DNA from: Eutreptiella sp. 'Long Island Sound 2002'
Lineage: Eukaryota; Protista; Euglenida
DNA: 64,000 bases
Reading direction: 5' to 3'
Assembly (NCBI GenBank): GCA_964036045.1
Contig: OZ038378.1
Coordinates: forward strand, 13,206,001-13,270,000
Shown: in pieces, positions 1 through 11,400 of the stretch
Layout: each line of letters starts with the position of its first letter
Numbering within the stretch: position 1 is the first letter of the stretch
Position numbers and translations under genes: made by a program
Notes under the pieces: generated by a model
The model's input: only the letters and a program-made list of their open reading frames with translations
What the model was told of the DNA's origin: nothing
The model's database searches: none

Positions 1-3000
1 CACACACAGCCGCCGCATGCGCAAAACGGCGCTGGCCTTCCGTGAGGACCTGCTGCTTCATGAATTTGTGGCCAGTGTCCCTGACCCCTCCCTCCCACTC
101 ATACGCCCCCTGCCAACGCTGGTAGACTGTATGTCGCTGTATGACAGCCTATGCGCACTGGGGAAAAGATATGCCCGCTATGAAGAGCGCACGCGCATTG
201 ATAAATGGAAATCCAAAATGGACCAAGCCTGGCTGGACAGGCCAAAGGAGGTTTATCAATGGATACAGAACGAATACCAACCCCCTCTGGTTATGCTCCT
301 GGACCCGGACACAAGCCAACCAACAGCGAACATCCCCCGCATGGATGAAATTCTTCATGCCTCCTGGGACCAGGTTATGCGAAAATATGCAGACACCCCA
401 GAGCCAGACGTGCACGCTTTTGCACAGAAGTATGATAAGTTTCTGATAAAGGGGGTGCAGATGCAGTCCACCCCTATCAGTGGATCCCGGCTCGCGAAAC
501 GCCTTAGAAAGATGGGTGTTCACACAGCCACCGGCCTGGATGGCTGGTGTGTCTCAGACCTTTTGCTGCTGCCCACCTGTCTGCTGGACATGCTGTCAGA
601 AATTTTATTTCTAGTTGAGGCAACAGGCACCTGGCCCAGGGTCCTGGCGAGGGGATACGTCTCACTGATCCCAAAAGGGGAAGGGATGATGCTGATGCAG
701 CAGCGCCCACTGTCCGTATTATCCCAGATCTACAGGGTCTGGGCAGGGATCAGGTTAGAGGAGTGCATGGTGTGGCAGGAGCTGTGGATCCACCCGCACG
801 CATACGGTTTTCGCAAGAAGCGCAGCGCCACTGATGCGGCAGCCTTTATCTCCATGCTCATTGAGCTACACAAACTGATGAAAACGGTTTTGCATGGTTT
901 TGGATTAGATTACATAAAATGCTTTGATTTAATCCCGCAATCCATTGTACTGCATATTGCACTGACGCAGGGGATGGATTTGGGCACACACAGGGCCCTT
1001 TCCGGCATGTATCGCACCCTCACAAGGTGCTTTAAAATAATGGGCTGTTTGGCCAGTTTTTTCGATGCCACCAATGGCATCCTCCAGGGCTGCCCATTGA
1101 GTGTGATACTCATCAACCTCCTGACCTCGGTCTGGAAACGGGTGCTGGATGCACAGCAACAGGGCATCAAAGTTGCAGTACAGGCCCTCCCCCCCAGCGA
1201 TTAGCCAGCACAGGCCCTGCAATTCATCCTAACTGCCCTTGGGTATGCAGATGATACATATGGGTTTGCAGCCGGAGGCAATACCCTCACCCCCCTGCTA
1301 GACTGCACCACTGACTGGCTTGAAGACACGGGTCAAGGGGTGAACGCAAAGAAATCTGTCGGTTTTTCGTCTGACGCCCGTCACCCTGTGAAGGCAGCAC
1401 TTCCCTATCTCTTCTGAGTTTAAGTCCCTGGGCGCGGGGGTCCGCACCACGGACGCCACTTGTTCGGGACCACTCATCAAGAAAAGGATTTCCAGAGCCT
1501 GCAGCCTCCTGGACAGGGTGCATGGCGCCCAGGGCAATTTTGAAAGGAGATGCGACATCATCTCCACAATGATCACGGCCACTGGCCTACACGCAGCAGA
1601 AATAGTGCCACTTCAGCCCAAAGACCTCCTGCCCTTCGAGACCAAGGTCATGCAGACCATCTGGGGACGATCACGGCCCGGCAGGGCCAAAGAAATCTTT
1701 TTCACACTGCTGTGCAAAGGGCACCGGATTGCACCTACCTTGGTACTTAAGTATCATCACATCCTGTGGTTATCTCAACTGTGTCGCACCAGGGGTGCTG
1801 GACAGATCACTGCCCAGGCCATTTGGGAAACGACAACATTTCACAAAGGCTCCGTCCCATACGGCCGAGCCATGTCCACAGCACAGGAGTGTGGCTGGGT
1901 CGCTACGCAGGGGTGGTGGGGATGGAAAGTGCCTGGGCGCCAGGAACCCCTCCTCCTATACGGGGATAAAAACACCATCAAGCACGAGGTGCGTGAGCAG
2001 CTGCGCTCGCAAATGTTGGACAGCCTGGTACAGAGACGTCCCCGACTTTTCGCGGGGGCTCATTACACCACATGCCGGCGCCTGGTCCAGCCTAGTAGAG
2101 CGACTTTTGCCACAGAGTTGCAGCGCTCCATCCTGCGGGGCATCCTATCAAAAGCAACCTGGACAGCCCTCCGGGCCTATCAACGTGGCATGCGAGCCAC
2201 ATCCACGTGCCCGTACTGTGGCAATGCTCCGGAAAACGAGGAGCACATTTTTTGACAGTGTTCAGCCTGGAGTACGGTGTGGGACACCCACCTGCCGGGC
2301 ATCAGGACGGCGGCAGCACAAATTCCAGGCCTTCCCCTCATGGACCAGTGGTCCCCATGTTTACGACTTTGTGGATTAGCCCCAGCGTTAGACCTAGACA
2401 GCGTCAAGTCAGGAACAGCGCTCGCATTTTTGACAGCTCTGCACAATATGTTAGTAGCCGTTTTGCAGGCCCGCAAGTTACGAGACACAAAATCCCCCAT
2501 GCTTTTCATGGGGTCGAGCCTCTCACAGCACCTTCGGCAATACCCGTACCACCAACTGGTGGGACCCCTCCCCAGACCGGAAGACAAAGGGTTACTTCTT
2601 TTGCGTATCCCTAAGAAGGTGGAATGGCAGTGGGAAATGCCCTTTTTAGCGGACCTGCTACGTTGGCTGAGAGAACTGCACTGGGCCCCTGAACCAGGCA
2701 CAGTAACGTTCTTGGAACTCGCACTGGATTTTGAGGAATTTGCGCAACGCACCCTCCCACACGCTCCACAGGCAAAGTTCAAGGGCACAACCCTCTCACT
2801 ATAGGAGAGGGGCCGGGTCTTACGACTGGCAATGGCAAATGCGCAGCGCTTGGTCACAAAAGGCCACCTGCATCCTGCGCGTGTGGTCACACGCTGCAGC
2901 TCTTTAGTTCCTTTGGGGGGACCGGCACTCTGCGGCGTGAACTGCCGCCCCTCTTTCACCTGCCGCAGTGCCATGAACACGCACGTTCAGCAGTTAGCGG

Positions 3001-3958
3001 CATACTGTGAGCGCACGTGGGCCACCAAGGTTGGTCTCAGAAGAATACACAAACTGCGCCCGTACACACATAGGCCACGCAGAACAGCGCAGGAAGTGGA
3101 GGAGCATCGACTGCAGCGTGCACTCCAAGGGAATCTGCAGCTGGGACTGGCTCCGTCCTCGGAGCAGACCACTTTTGCCAAAGGGGGGGGGGGCTGCTCC
3201 TCCTTTGCAGCTGATTTTTTCCCTGTGATAGGGGATGGGAAGCTCCCACAGCGCCCCTACACCGGGACACGCAGGCGCGCAAACACACACAGGGCGCCAC
3301 AACCGGCGCCGCCGGCTGATCCGTCAAAATGCGCCCAGCACTCTGCTACCGCGTGCACGACCTGCAAGAGACTTCGGCGCACAGCTGAAGCATGCTGTGT
3401 GCTGGGACATCACGTTGATGACCACATAGCACGCAGACCGCAACTGCAACTATGCCCACTACATGGCCTGCCACCATGCCCGAGGTGCACACTCAAGCAA
3501 AGGGGAGTGCGCCACTGCTGTCAGCGGGGACACCATAAAGTGTGCACCCCAGTGCCTGCGCGCCGGAAGCGCCCACTTGCTGCACATTCACAATTGCCCA
3601 ACAAACGACCACACCTGCAAGGGCCTGCACGTATCTCTACGGGTCTGCTGAGGTCCCCACACCAACCCCCCACCCCTCCAGCCCCCAAGCGCAGGAGGCC
3701 GAAAACACCCCCCCCTCCGTCCCCACCAGCCCCAGTGCCACGGGGGCTGGAGGAGACCGTGGCCGAGGATGTCGCACGCCCGCTTTTCGTGACGAGGCAC
3801 GGGAGAGCAAACACTCTGGATACCTAGCCAGCGCATTGCAGAGGTTCTGATTCCGCAGAAGGGAGGGAAACAACGCCACAAAGAGGCCTCAGCAGACCTG
3901 AGCCAAATGAGGCGTCCAGCCCAACGCTGCGCAAGGATCCACCTCTAAAAGTACAGAT
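1..3958 (+). mobile_element. Non-LTR (LINE-like) retrotransposon, cut at its 5' end by the window edge, lightly decayed
   Basis: RT motifs in order: LIPKGEG..RPLSVLS, HAYGFR, LDYIKCFD, GILQGCPLS, GYADD (~1241-1258). A CPYCG..EEHIF.QC zinc finger follows at ~2208, and the element ends in a (CA)n/(TATG)n tail. Confidence 0.92.
17..3827 (+). pseudogene. LINE ORF2 (reverse transcriptase + zf-RVT-like finger + C-terminal Cys/His repeats), broken by 3 in-frame stops and a frameshift near 1410
   Basis: ORF pieces 17-1204, 1518-2255, 2277-2804 and 2832-3827 read as one continuous protein across the TAG/TGA stops at ~1202, ~2253 and ~2802. Confidence 0.85.
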
Positions 3959-3989
<31 letters not shown>

Positions 3990-4009
3990 TTGTATGTATG
4001 TATGTATGT
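3959..4009 (+). repeat. (CA)13 plus (TATG)n microsatellite, probable 3' tail of the LINE
   Basis: Directly visible, ~130 bp downstream of the ORF2 stop. Confidence 0.85.
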
Positions 4010-4239
4010 CTTGTGGCATGGTGTAACTCTAATCCCATGGCCGCCTCAGGAGCCCACCCCCCTGAGGTTCCCAGTGTGGCTGGGAGTATCCAAGCCGATG
4101 ATACCCTACCCTCTATTGTGGGAAGGGGCGCTGCGAACTGTCGGATCACACCTGGGCCGCATACTCAACTGTTCGGAGGTGCCCAACACCCCCCCCCCCT
4201 GGGGAACCGCCCTCCCCAGCGCCCCTCCCAGAAAACCCC

Positions 4240-4357
4240 CCTCCCAGAACCTCCCCCTCCCAGCCCCCCCTCCCCCCCCAAGGGGCCTCCGGCCGACAGT
4301 TAGTTGGGGGGGTTAGCTGGCGTCCAAAACCGAGGGGTCACCCCCCCCCCCCCCGTG
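4240..4357. mobile_element. Solo right end of the same TIR element family as 52395-53169
   Basis: aggggcctccggcc.aca.ttagttggggggg.tag.tggcgtcca.aaccgaggggtc.(c)n gtg is nearly identical to 53100-53169. Confidence 0.75.
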
Positions 4358-5456
4358 GGTACAACACATGGAGGAGTGGGGCACTTGGGCCTCATGCACA
4401 CGGAAACGCAGTGAGGCAGGTTGTGGATGACCGGAGGGCGGAGGTGCATGGGCAGCAAAAACTGTCAAACGACCCCCGCAACAACCAGCACAACCATGGT
4501 ATGCCAACTACTGGGCGCCGCTAATGAACAAACGGCACCTACCACAACCAGCACAGCCTAGGCACACCAACGGCTGGGCTCCGCAAACATGGAAATGATA
4601 CGTGCAGGAGCACCGGCCGCAGCGGCCGACAGAATGCAGCGACCCGATGCAACATGCGAAGGGAAGAACGGGTGACTGTCCAAAGCCCTGTAAAGAAACA
4701 GCAACCCGATGTAATATCACACAGGGGGGCTTAGGTGGAGAAATATCATTGGCAGTAAAATTACGTGTTAGTATTGGGTTGCCCAGAAAGAAGTGGCCTG
4801 TGGGCAGGCAGGTGCTTGGAAAAATCAGCGTGATTCTTGGCGCCCAAAGGAACCCCCGATGTCGGGTCCAGTGGTTGGGCCGACTTCAGACCCCGGCCCC
4901 AAAAAGTGGCAGGTTGTCTTGGTGCCGCAATCCGTCGAAGAAACACAAACCCTAGAAGAGTTTTGGGGGTAAACAACGTAGGATTTGGTTTGAGAATAAG
5001 ACCATTTTGTGCTAGGCGTCTAGGCTATGTGTGTTGCACCGCAGGAAAGCATAGAGTTTTGCATCTTGCAACTCATGTAAAAAGCCTGTGGTAGCATTTT
5101 TGAAAACTTTGTGGAGTTGGGGTTGATTACCTGTCCCCTTTTGTGTCATGTACAACCAAGGTCCGTAAATTTTGAGGGTATGCTCAATCACATCTAATGT
5201 CAAGCAATTTGTCCTCATGGTTCCGCAGTTGCATCCTCCTGTTGCAGGTGGCAGTACCACAGCAGCTGCGCAATGGCAAGGGGGACATGAGGGACAAAAT
5301 GTCTCCCTGCTGTAAAATGTCTTGCTGATGTAAATGTGTAATATGATGGGGTTCACTCCTCTGAACACTGACACGGTTGTGCTGCATTTTCTCACAAGTG
5401 CACCTTGAGAGGTCTCGCTGCCCTAAGTCGTATTTGCGTTCAGCTGCTGTGAATAG

Positions 5457-8400
5457 CAACAAAGCAGCTGCATTGGGCTTATCCAAATAACCAACCACTA
5501 CCTGATGACTGATCCAATGGATTTCAAAGCGGGGCTTCACATGCGGTGCGGTGTGTGCTCGCTGCAACGGGTACACATACTGTCAAGTCTCGGGGGATGC
5601 ATTGGTGGACAACCTCTTGGTGCAGACTCAGCAGTCTGCACAGGACGGCATATTGTCTGAAGAGATGTGGTCTACATTATCGGATATTTCTGGGACAAAG
5701 TCCTGCAGGGGAATGCCATAAGGTCATACCTAAACAACAGCAACGGCCTGTTCAAACAACCCCGGGTTTGTGTTTCGGATCTTATGGCCCATTTGCCGTT
5801 GCTCGTTTAATGGGGGGATGGTATTTGCAAGTGAATTATCAGCCATGTTGGATTTCCAGGAAGCATAACTCAAGTAGGTGCGTGGACAGCACAAATGCTC
5901 CGTTCGTGGTAGGTGCACAGCAGCAGGCGCATCGCTAGGTAATGCACAGATGCGCAATGCAACACCAGCACATGGCAGCCCATGTTGGACCTTCTCTGTA
6001 AGTTTCTGGCCATACAATGCAGGTGAACCTTCATGCAGAGGTCAGCAGCATGAGTGTCAGGGCATTGATGGAAGAGCTGGACAACGCTGGCATAAGGTAT
6101 TGATGCGTAACGGACGGTTCGTGATGTTGGCAGCATGCAGCACCCTTTTGCTGGGTGCAGGCCAGGGCAGATTTGGGCCATGGTGGACGAAGATGTGGGG
6201 TGCCATGCACGATCGGTGTACTGTGTGACCTGCTGTTGTTGATCGAGGTCGTTGGTTGTGGGAGAGCAATATTGTGCAATATTGTGGGTCAGAATGGAAT
6301 ACGTGTCCCACTGCTCAGGAGTGTAGCCGACCGTCCCCTGTGGCGCCCACACCCCTGCCGGTGCTGGCAGAGGCTTCACGAGTAGTCATTCTCAACCTAT
6401 GAGCTTTGGAGGGGCAAAAGGCTGCCTTATTCTCGTTTGCCTTCAATGCTGCAATGCCTAGTGTTTGTCATTGCATTCGGCCGCTCCTTCGTCGGACCTG
6501 CAAAAAAAAGATCCTGCAAGATATGCAAGCCAAATGAGGCTCAGGGAACAAGAAGCAGCTTCAAGCATGAATGTTGTACCAGGAGATCTACTTCTGTGCG
6601 GGGGACTGGGAGAGGGCGAAGTTTGGGACATCAAAGCTTGTTGCCTCTCGGGTGCAGAGGATACATGAGAGTCAACCATTTGGCCCAAGGAGTTGTAGCT
6701 TGCACCACTAGTACAACAAAGTAGACACAACAACCCAGACATGCATGGCAAATAGATAGCTAAGAGGGACAACAGACATAGGAAAAGAATATTCAGGTTC
6801 CCTAGCCAACGCACAATGCACACACCTCAAAAGGACATGAGAGGTGTGTGCCTCTTGTGTGGTTGAAGTACGTTCGCAAGCTGTAGCTGTACTAGAATAC
6901 TCAACTTTCCACATTCCAAAGCGTCTCATGCACCCAGTGACATCTCACACAGGGATATATGTGGTTGGTTATGAAGCCATGAGACGGAACATGTCCCGTC
7001 CAAGGATCGCGCCCTGTAGACGGAGAAATTGCCAACTTTGGGCCGCAGCCAAGCTTTTTCTTAGTGGAGCGCACACCCTACCTTGGGGGCTGGGTGGGTG
7101 CCTGCCTTTTTGAAATAGTGGGTGCCTCCTTCTGATGGGGGTAGGGGTGGGCCAATAGTGGGTTGGCTGGCTTTGGGCCATCCATGATTCCCTTTTTTGC
7201 TTGATGTCATTTTCTTTCTACCACTAGGGTCATCATTTATTTGGGCAGCTCAGTGTTTAGTGATGTGGGCTACAAGGCATGAATATTGAAGGTCATGGGT
7301 TCAATTCATTGCCTGTGGTATTTTCATGGGGCACAAGGCTGCTCGGCCCATTCATAGTGTGGTTCTTTGTTTCCATGACAATGCCATGTGGGAGCATTCC
7401 TTGGTTGGTGGGTTGGTTGGAGGGTGGGTGCCTCTTGGGGTTCACCCCCCACCTCCCTATGCGGGTAGGCCAAGTGTTGTGCCTCCTGCCCAAAAGTGGG
7501 TGCCTCCCCTTTTCATTTCTCCCCCCCCCCCCCATCGCCAAGAAAAGACTTGGCTGTAGCCACACGCCTTTTGCATTCTCGCACCAAGGGAAAAACGGTT
7601 GCCAACACCACCAGTCTCCAAGTTGGCTTGTTTCGTGGGTGAAAACCCCTATTGGACGCAATACTTTGTTGCCTCGTGGTGTTGTAGTCTTCGATCTACA
7701 ATGTTGACAACATTCTTAACTCCACGAGGTGCATGACCCCGGGTGTCCCTTGTGTTGGTCAGTTGGTGAGTGGGTGGGTGCCTCTTGAGCTGAGCCCCCC
7801 CGAACCCAAATGAACCCGCACTTTGGCAGAAGGTATCTTACACACCAAAGGCATCTTTTACTGACCCCGTCTGTAAGTGGTGGTAGTGTGTTCTGTGCGT
7901 ACTTGGGTAGGGTCACTGAGTTGGTGTCACCATCAAGGTTTTACAGCCCCCTTTCGTACACCCGCGAACCGACATGGGTATCCAGCATGCATGAAGCGAC
8001 ATGGGTATCCAGCTTTCGCACACCTGTGACATTGAGCAGCAACCTGTTGCACACCAGAAAAGGGAGCAGTGGGGGTTGCTTCACCCCACATTTCTTAATC
8101 TTTGCCATGCAATGGCTCCCTGACCACAAGTAAAGCGCTTTTGTGTTATGATGTGCAGACCACTGTCCTTTCGGTCAACCCCTCCCTCGAGAATGTGGAC
8201 CACCTTGTGTATTCTTCAACCGCAATGACTGCGCCCTGACACTCCCCTGGCTCTGCTACAGTCGTGAAGGCTGTGTCGAAAAAGCAGATCTGGTTGCTAA
8301 ATTGATGGATTACAAAAGCATTGGTCGCAAGTGTGCCGAGAGTTTGAACGACCCAGAGGTGTGCTTGGGACAGTGTTGCCCCCTCAACTGACTATGCAAA

Positions 8401-11400
8401 CTGTCAGGTAATGTGCGACCCGCAACCATCCCACCCCCCCCTGGTGTGCCGCTTCTGACTCCATGGCGGAAGGGTAGGTGATCTCCTCCCCGATTCTCCC
8501 ATCCGCAGTTGGTCGATGTGGTCCAAGCGGAGACTTGTGAAGTTCAAACGGTCCATGAGGAACGAGACAAATGCTTTTTCTTGGGCCCAACACAAGTGGG
8601 GCTGAGATGTTTAGGTGCACAAGTCTACAAAACATGCAGCAGAGCATGAAAGGGCAGCTTACACTTGAGCATTCCCTCTTGGCAAAAGGGCATTAGATGG
8701 GCCAGAGTGAAGTTCGTGCACCTGCGCCATCCACAGCCGCCAGCGTCGGGTGAGGTTCTAAGATGACTGAGGCGCTGCTTGGTGTTCCTTCGTTTTGGAG
8801 TCTTGAGCCGCACAGAGGGCTCATGGTGTCATCCACCACAATTTGTTCACCCATAAAGTGTGGTTCCATAGGCCGGGATCCACCCACAGAGGTGCCATAC
8901 TTGTAGATCCCAAACAGTGCTCTGCTGAGCGCGAGGTGATACAACCCAACCCTAGGCCTCAAATGTCTGGTGTCCAATGTGCAACTATTCACGGGCGAGA
9001 GCCGCCCTTTTTAACTCAACTATTTAGGTGCAGCGTCAGTTTTGGTGGACATTCAACTATTTGCATGTTACTCAACTGTTGGCAGTTGGATCCAATCTTT
9101 CAGTAAACACGGTGAACGGATCCTGGGTGCAGCCGAATTTTTGGTGGGCATTACAGATTAAAGCATCAGGCACACAGTCCCCCTGTTAAATACGGGGGGT
9201 GGGCTTCAGCTACCACGTGGGTCACAATCATTGTTGGTGGTACCGCAGGCACCCGAAAAACTTGTTTACACATACACACTGTGTGTACAGACAAAAGGTT
9301 GAGGTCCGAACTTTTTGTCACATTTCAACACCAAACACCCATCCACCCACTGCACCTGCACTTAAACACAAACACCACCTACCACTGGCCCGCGGCCAGC
9401 AGACCCCCGAAGCCAGCCACGTTCCATTCAGTCAGCCCCGACCCCCATCACCCCTCGGGGCCTTCCGGCTATCACGATCCTGTTGGGTCTATTGCACCAG
9501 AGGGACGCCCATGCATCATGCAGCAATACAATATGAACGTGAACGGCCCAAAACTGTCAGAGGGTCATGGAAGCCCTGGCGTAGATTTGAGGCTGCTTTA
9601 ACAAGAGGACGGTGCGACCTTCTGGCTGGTGGATGGTGATTCCTATGGCTGATGACCACTTGCCGACACACTAGTGCACGACAACCATCGGCGGCATCCC
9701 TCAGGTTCCAACCCATAACCTCAGGCTCGTCTTTAGGGCCGTGCTCCGGACATTCGGCTTCGGCAGGGTTCGATCCTGCGACCTTGGCTACAGGAGCCAG
9801 GCCAGGACTACTACTATCACTCAGCCCGCCAGCGTCCTGTCACTGTTGGATGGTGACCGATGTGTTGAGCCAAGTATCGTGTATGCACCAATCCACTGAC
9901 TGCTTTGCATTTTTAGGAACTTCACACCGTGGCCTCGGAAGCTCCCCTTCGTCCATATGCACCTAACGATTCACTTCATCCATATGCACCTGATGATCCT
10001 CTTCCTCCGTATGCACCTGAAGATGATAGTCGAGCACATCCTCCTCCCTATACTGCAGAGGAAGACCAATCGTACCTTCCTCCGCCCTACAGCTTCGAAG
10101 ACGTGGATACCTCTGTGCCACCTCCTGCTTATGATGACGAAAACTTTACCCGTCCCAACGGTATGTGTCCAAGATCATGAAGCTATGACAGCAATATCCG
10201 CTCTCAAGCCCTCACCCATGGAAGGCATGGTCAGAGAGGAATTCAAGAAAGAGTGCTTTTTTGGGCGTTTGTATGTTTGGGGTTGGGCAATACCAATGGT
10301 GATGAAAACAAACTGTTTTATTGATTTATTGATGTATTGCAGATTGGGAGGAAAGAGCTTAAGACATCCATTTTTCACCATTCAATGCCACAACCTCAAT
10401 GGGTGTATGTCCTTAAAATGGGGTTCTGTCGTCGTAGAGGGGGAGTACGGGTACTAGTAATAGCATGGTGTAATACTAATCGTCATATACCATACGAATG
10501 ATGGGATTTACTGGCAGCGGTACAATTGGCATTATTGCCCACTTGCTGAACGAACGGGGCTGCGCTGCAGCAACTCGTCACGGGGGGGGCTGAAACAGAT
10601 AAGAGGTTGCGTGTGTGCGTGTGTGTGTGCGTGTTCCTGCGCGTGTGCGTACGCGTGTGTGCGTGGGAATCTACGTCTCTGCAGAATGAGGGTACATCTT
10701 CGCAGGGTATAGACCGTTTAAGGCTGTGGACATTCTCTGGAGCAGTGGTTGTTGCAATGTGTGATCTCTGTTGTCGGTTGGTTTTCTGTGGTCGTGGCTG
10801 TCCTTTGAAAGTGGTACCACCCTTGGGGATTTGCTGTCTGGTGTTGTGGTTGGTGATGTCTGGGTATTTCTTTTCTGCAGAGGTCGCTCAGACACAAGTC
10901 GAAGAAGATATATTGGGGTATGTCTTCCCATGCAGATTCCCCGCGGCATAAAAGAAAGCAGGGCCGCCCTTGTTCGCTCCCCATATGCGAAACCTCCCAT
11001 GTGGTCCATTTCGTCCATTTGCCCTCATTCTGTCCCCCAATGTCCATGCATACACGCATGTCTCTGTCGCCCATGGCCATGGCCCATACCCAACTGCTGA
11101 TGCAAATGATCGTTACCATGGTAGCTGCCATCCATGCCCATGCCCATGCCCATGCACATGCCCAAGTCGGTGATGTGGTGACACTGCAATTGTGCCCGGC
11201 TGTCTGTGGGTTCACCTGTAGCTCCGCAAAAAGCCCGAAATGTTTTCATGTCAACTCGCAGTTTTGCGCAGCCCCGCAATCCCAAAACCTACTTTCTGGC
11301 TCCTTTGGAATCATTGCAGATGTACAGCGACATAGAGCATTCAGGTGGTCAGTGGGGGGTCTTGCTTTGCTTCACGGTTTCATTTTCAGTGCGAGACCTG

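Noticed and set aside
5553-5590. MYND-type zinc finger (CARCNGYTYC)
   Set aside because: The remaining MYND ligands are absent, and the segment falls inside the inferred 5546-5662 intron in a different frame.
9745-9795. tRNA or B-box (GGTTCGATCC)
   Set aside because: The T-stem register is non-canonical and no D-arm or acceptor stem could be built.
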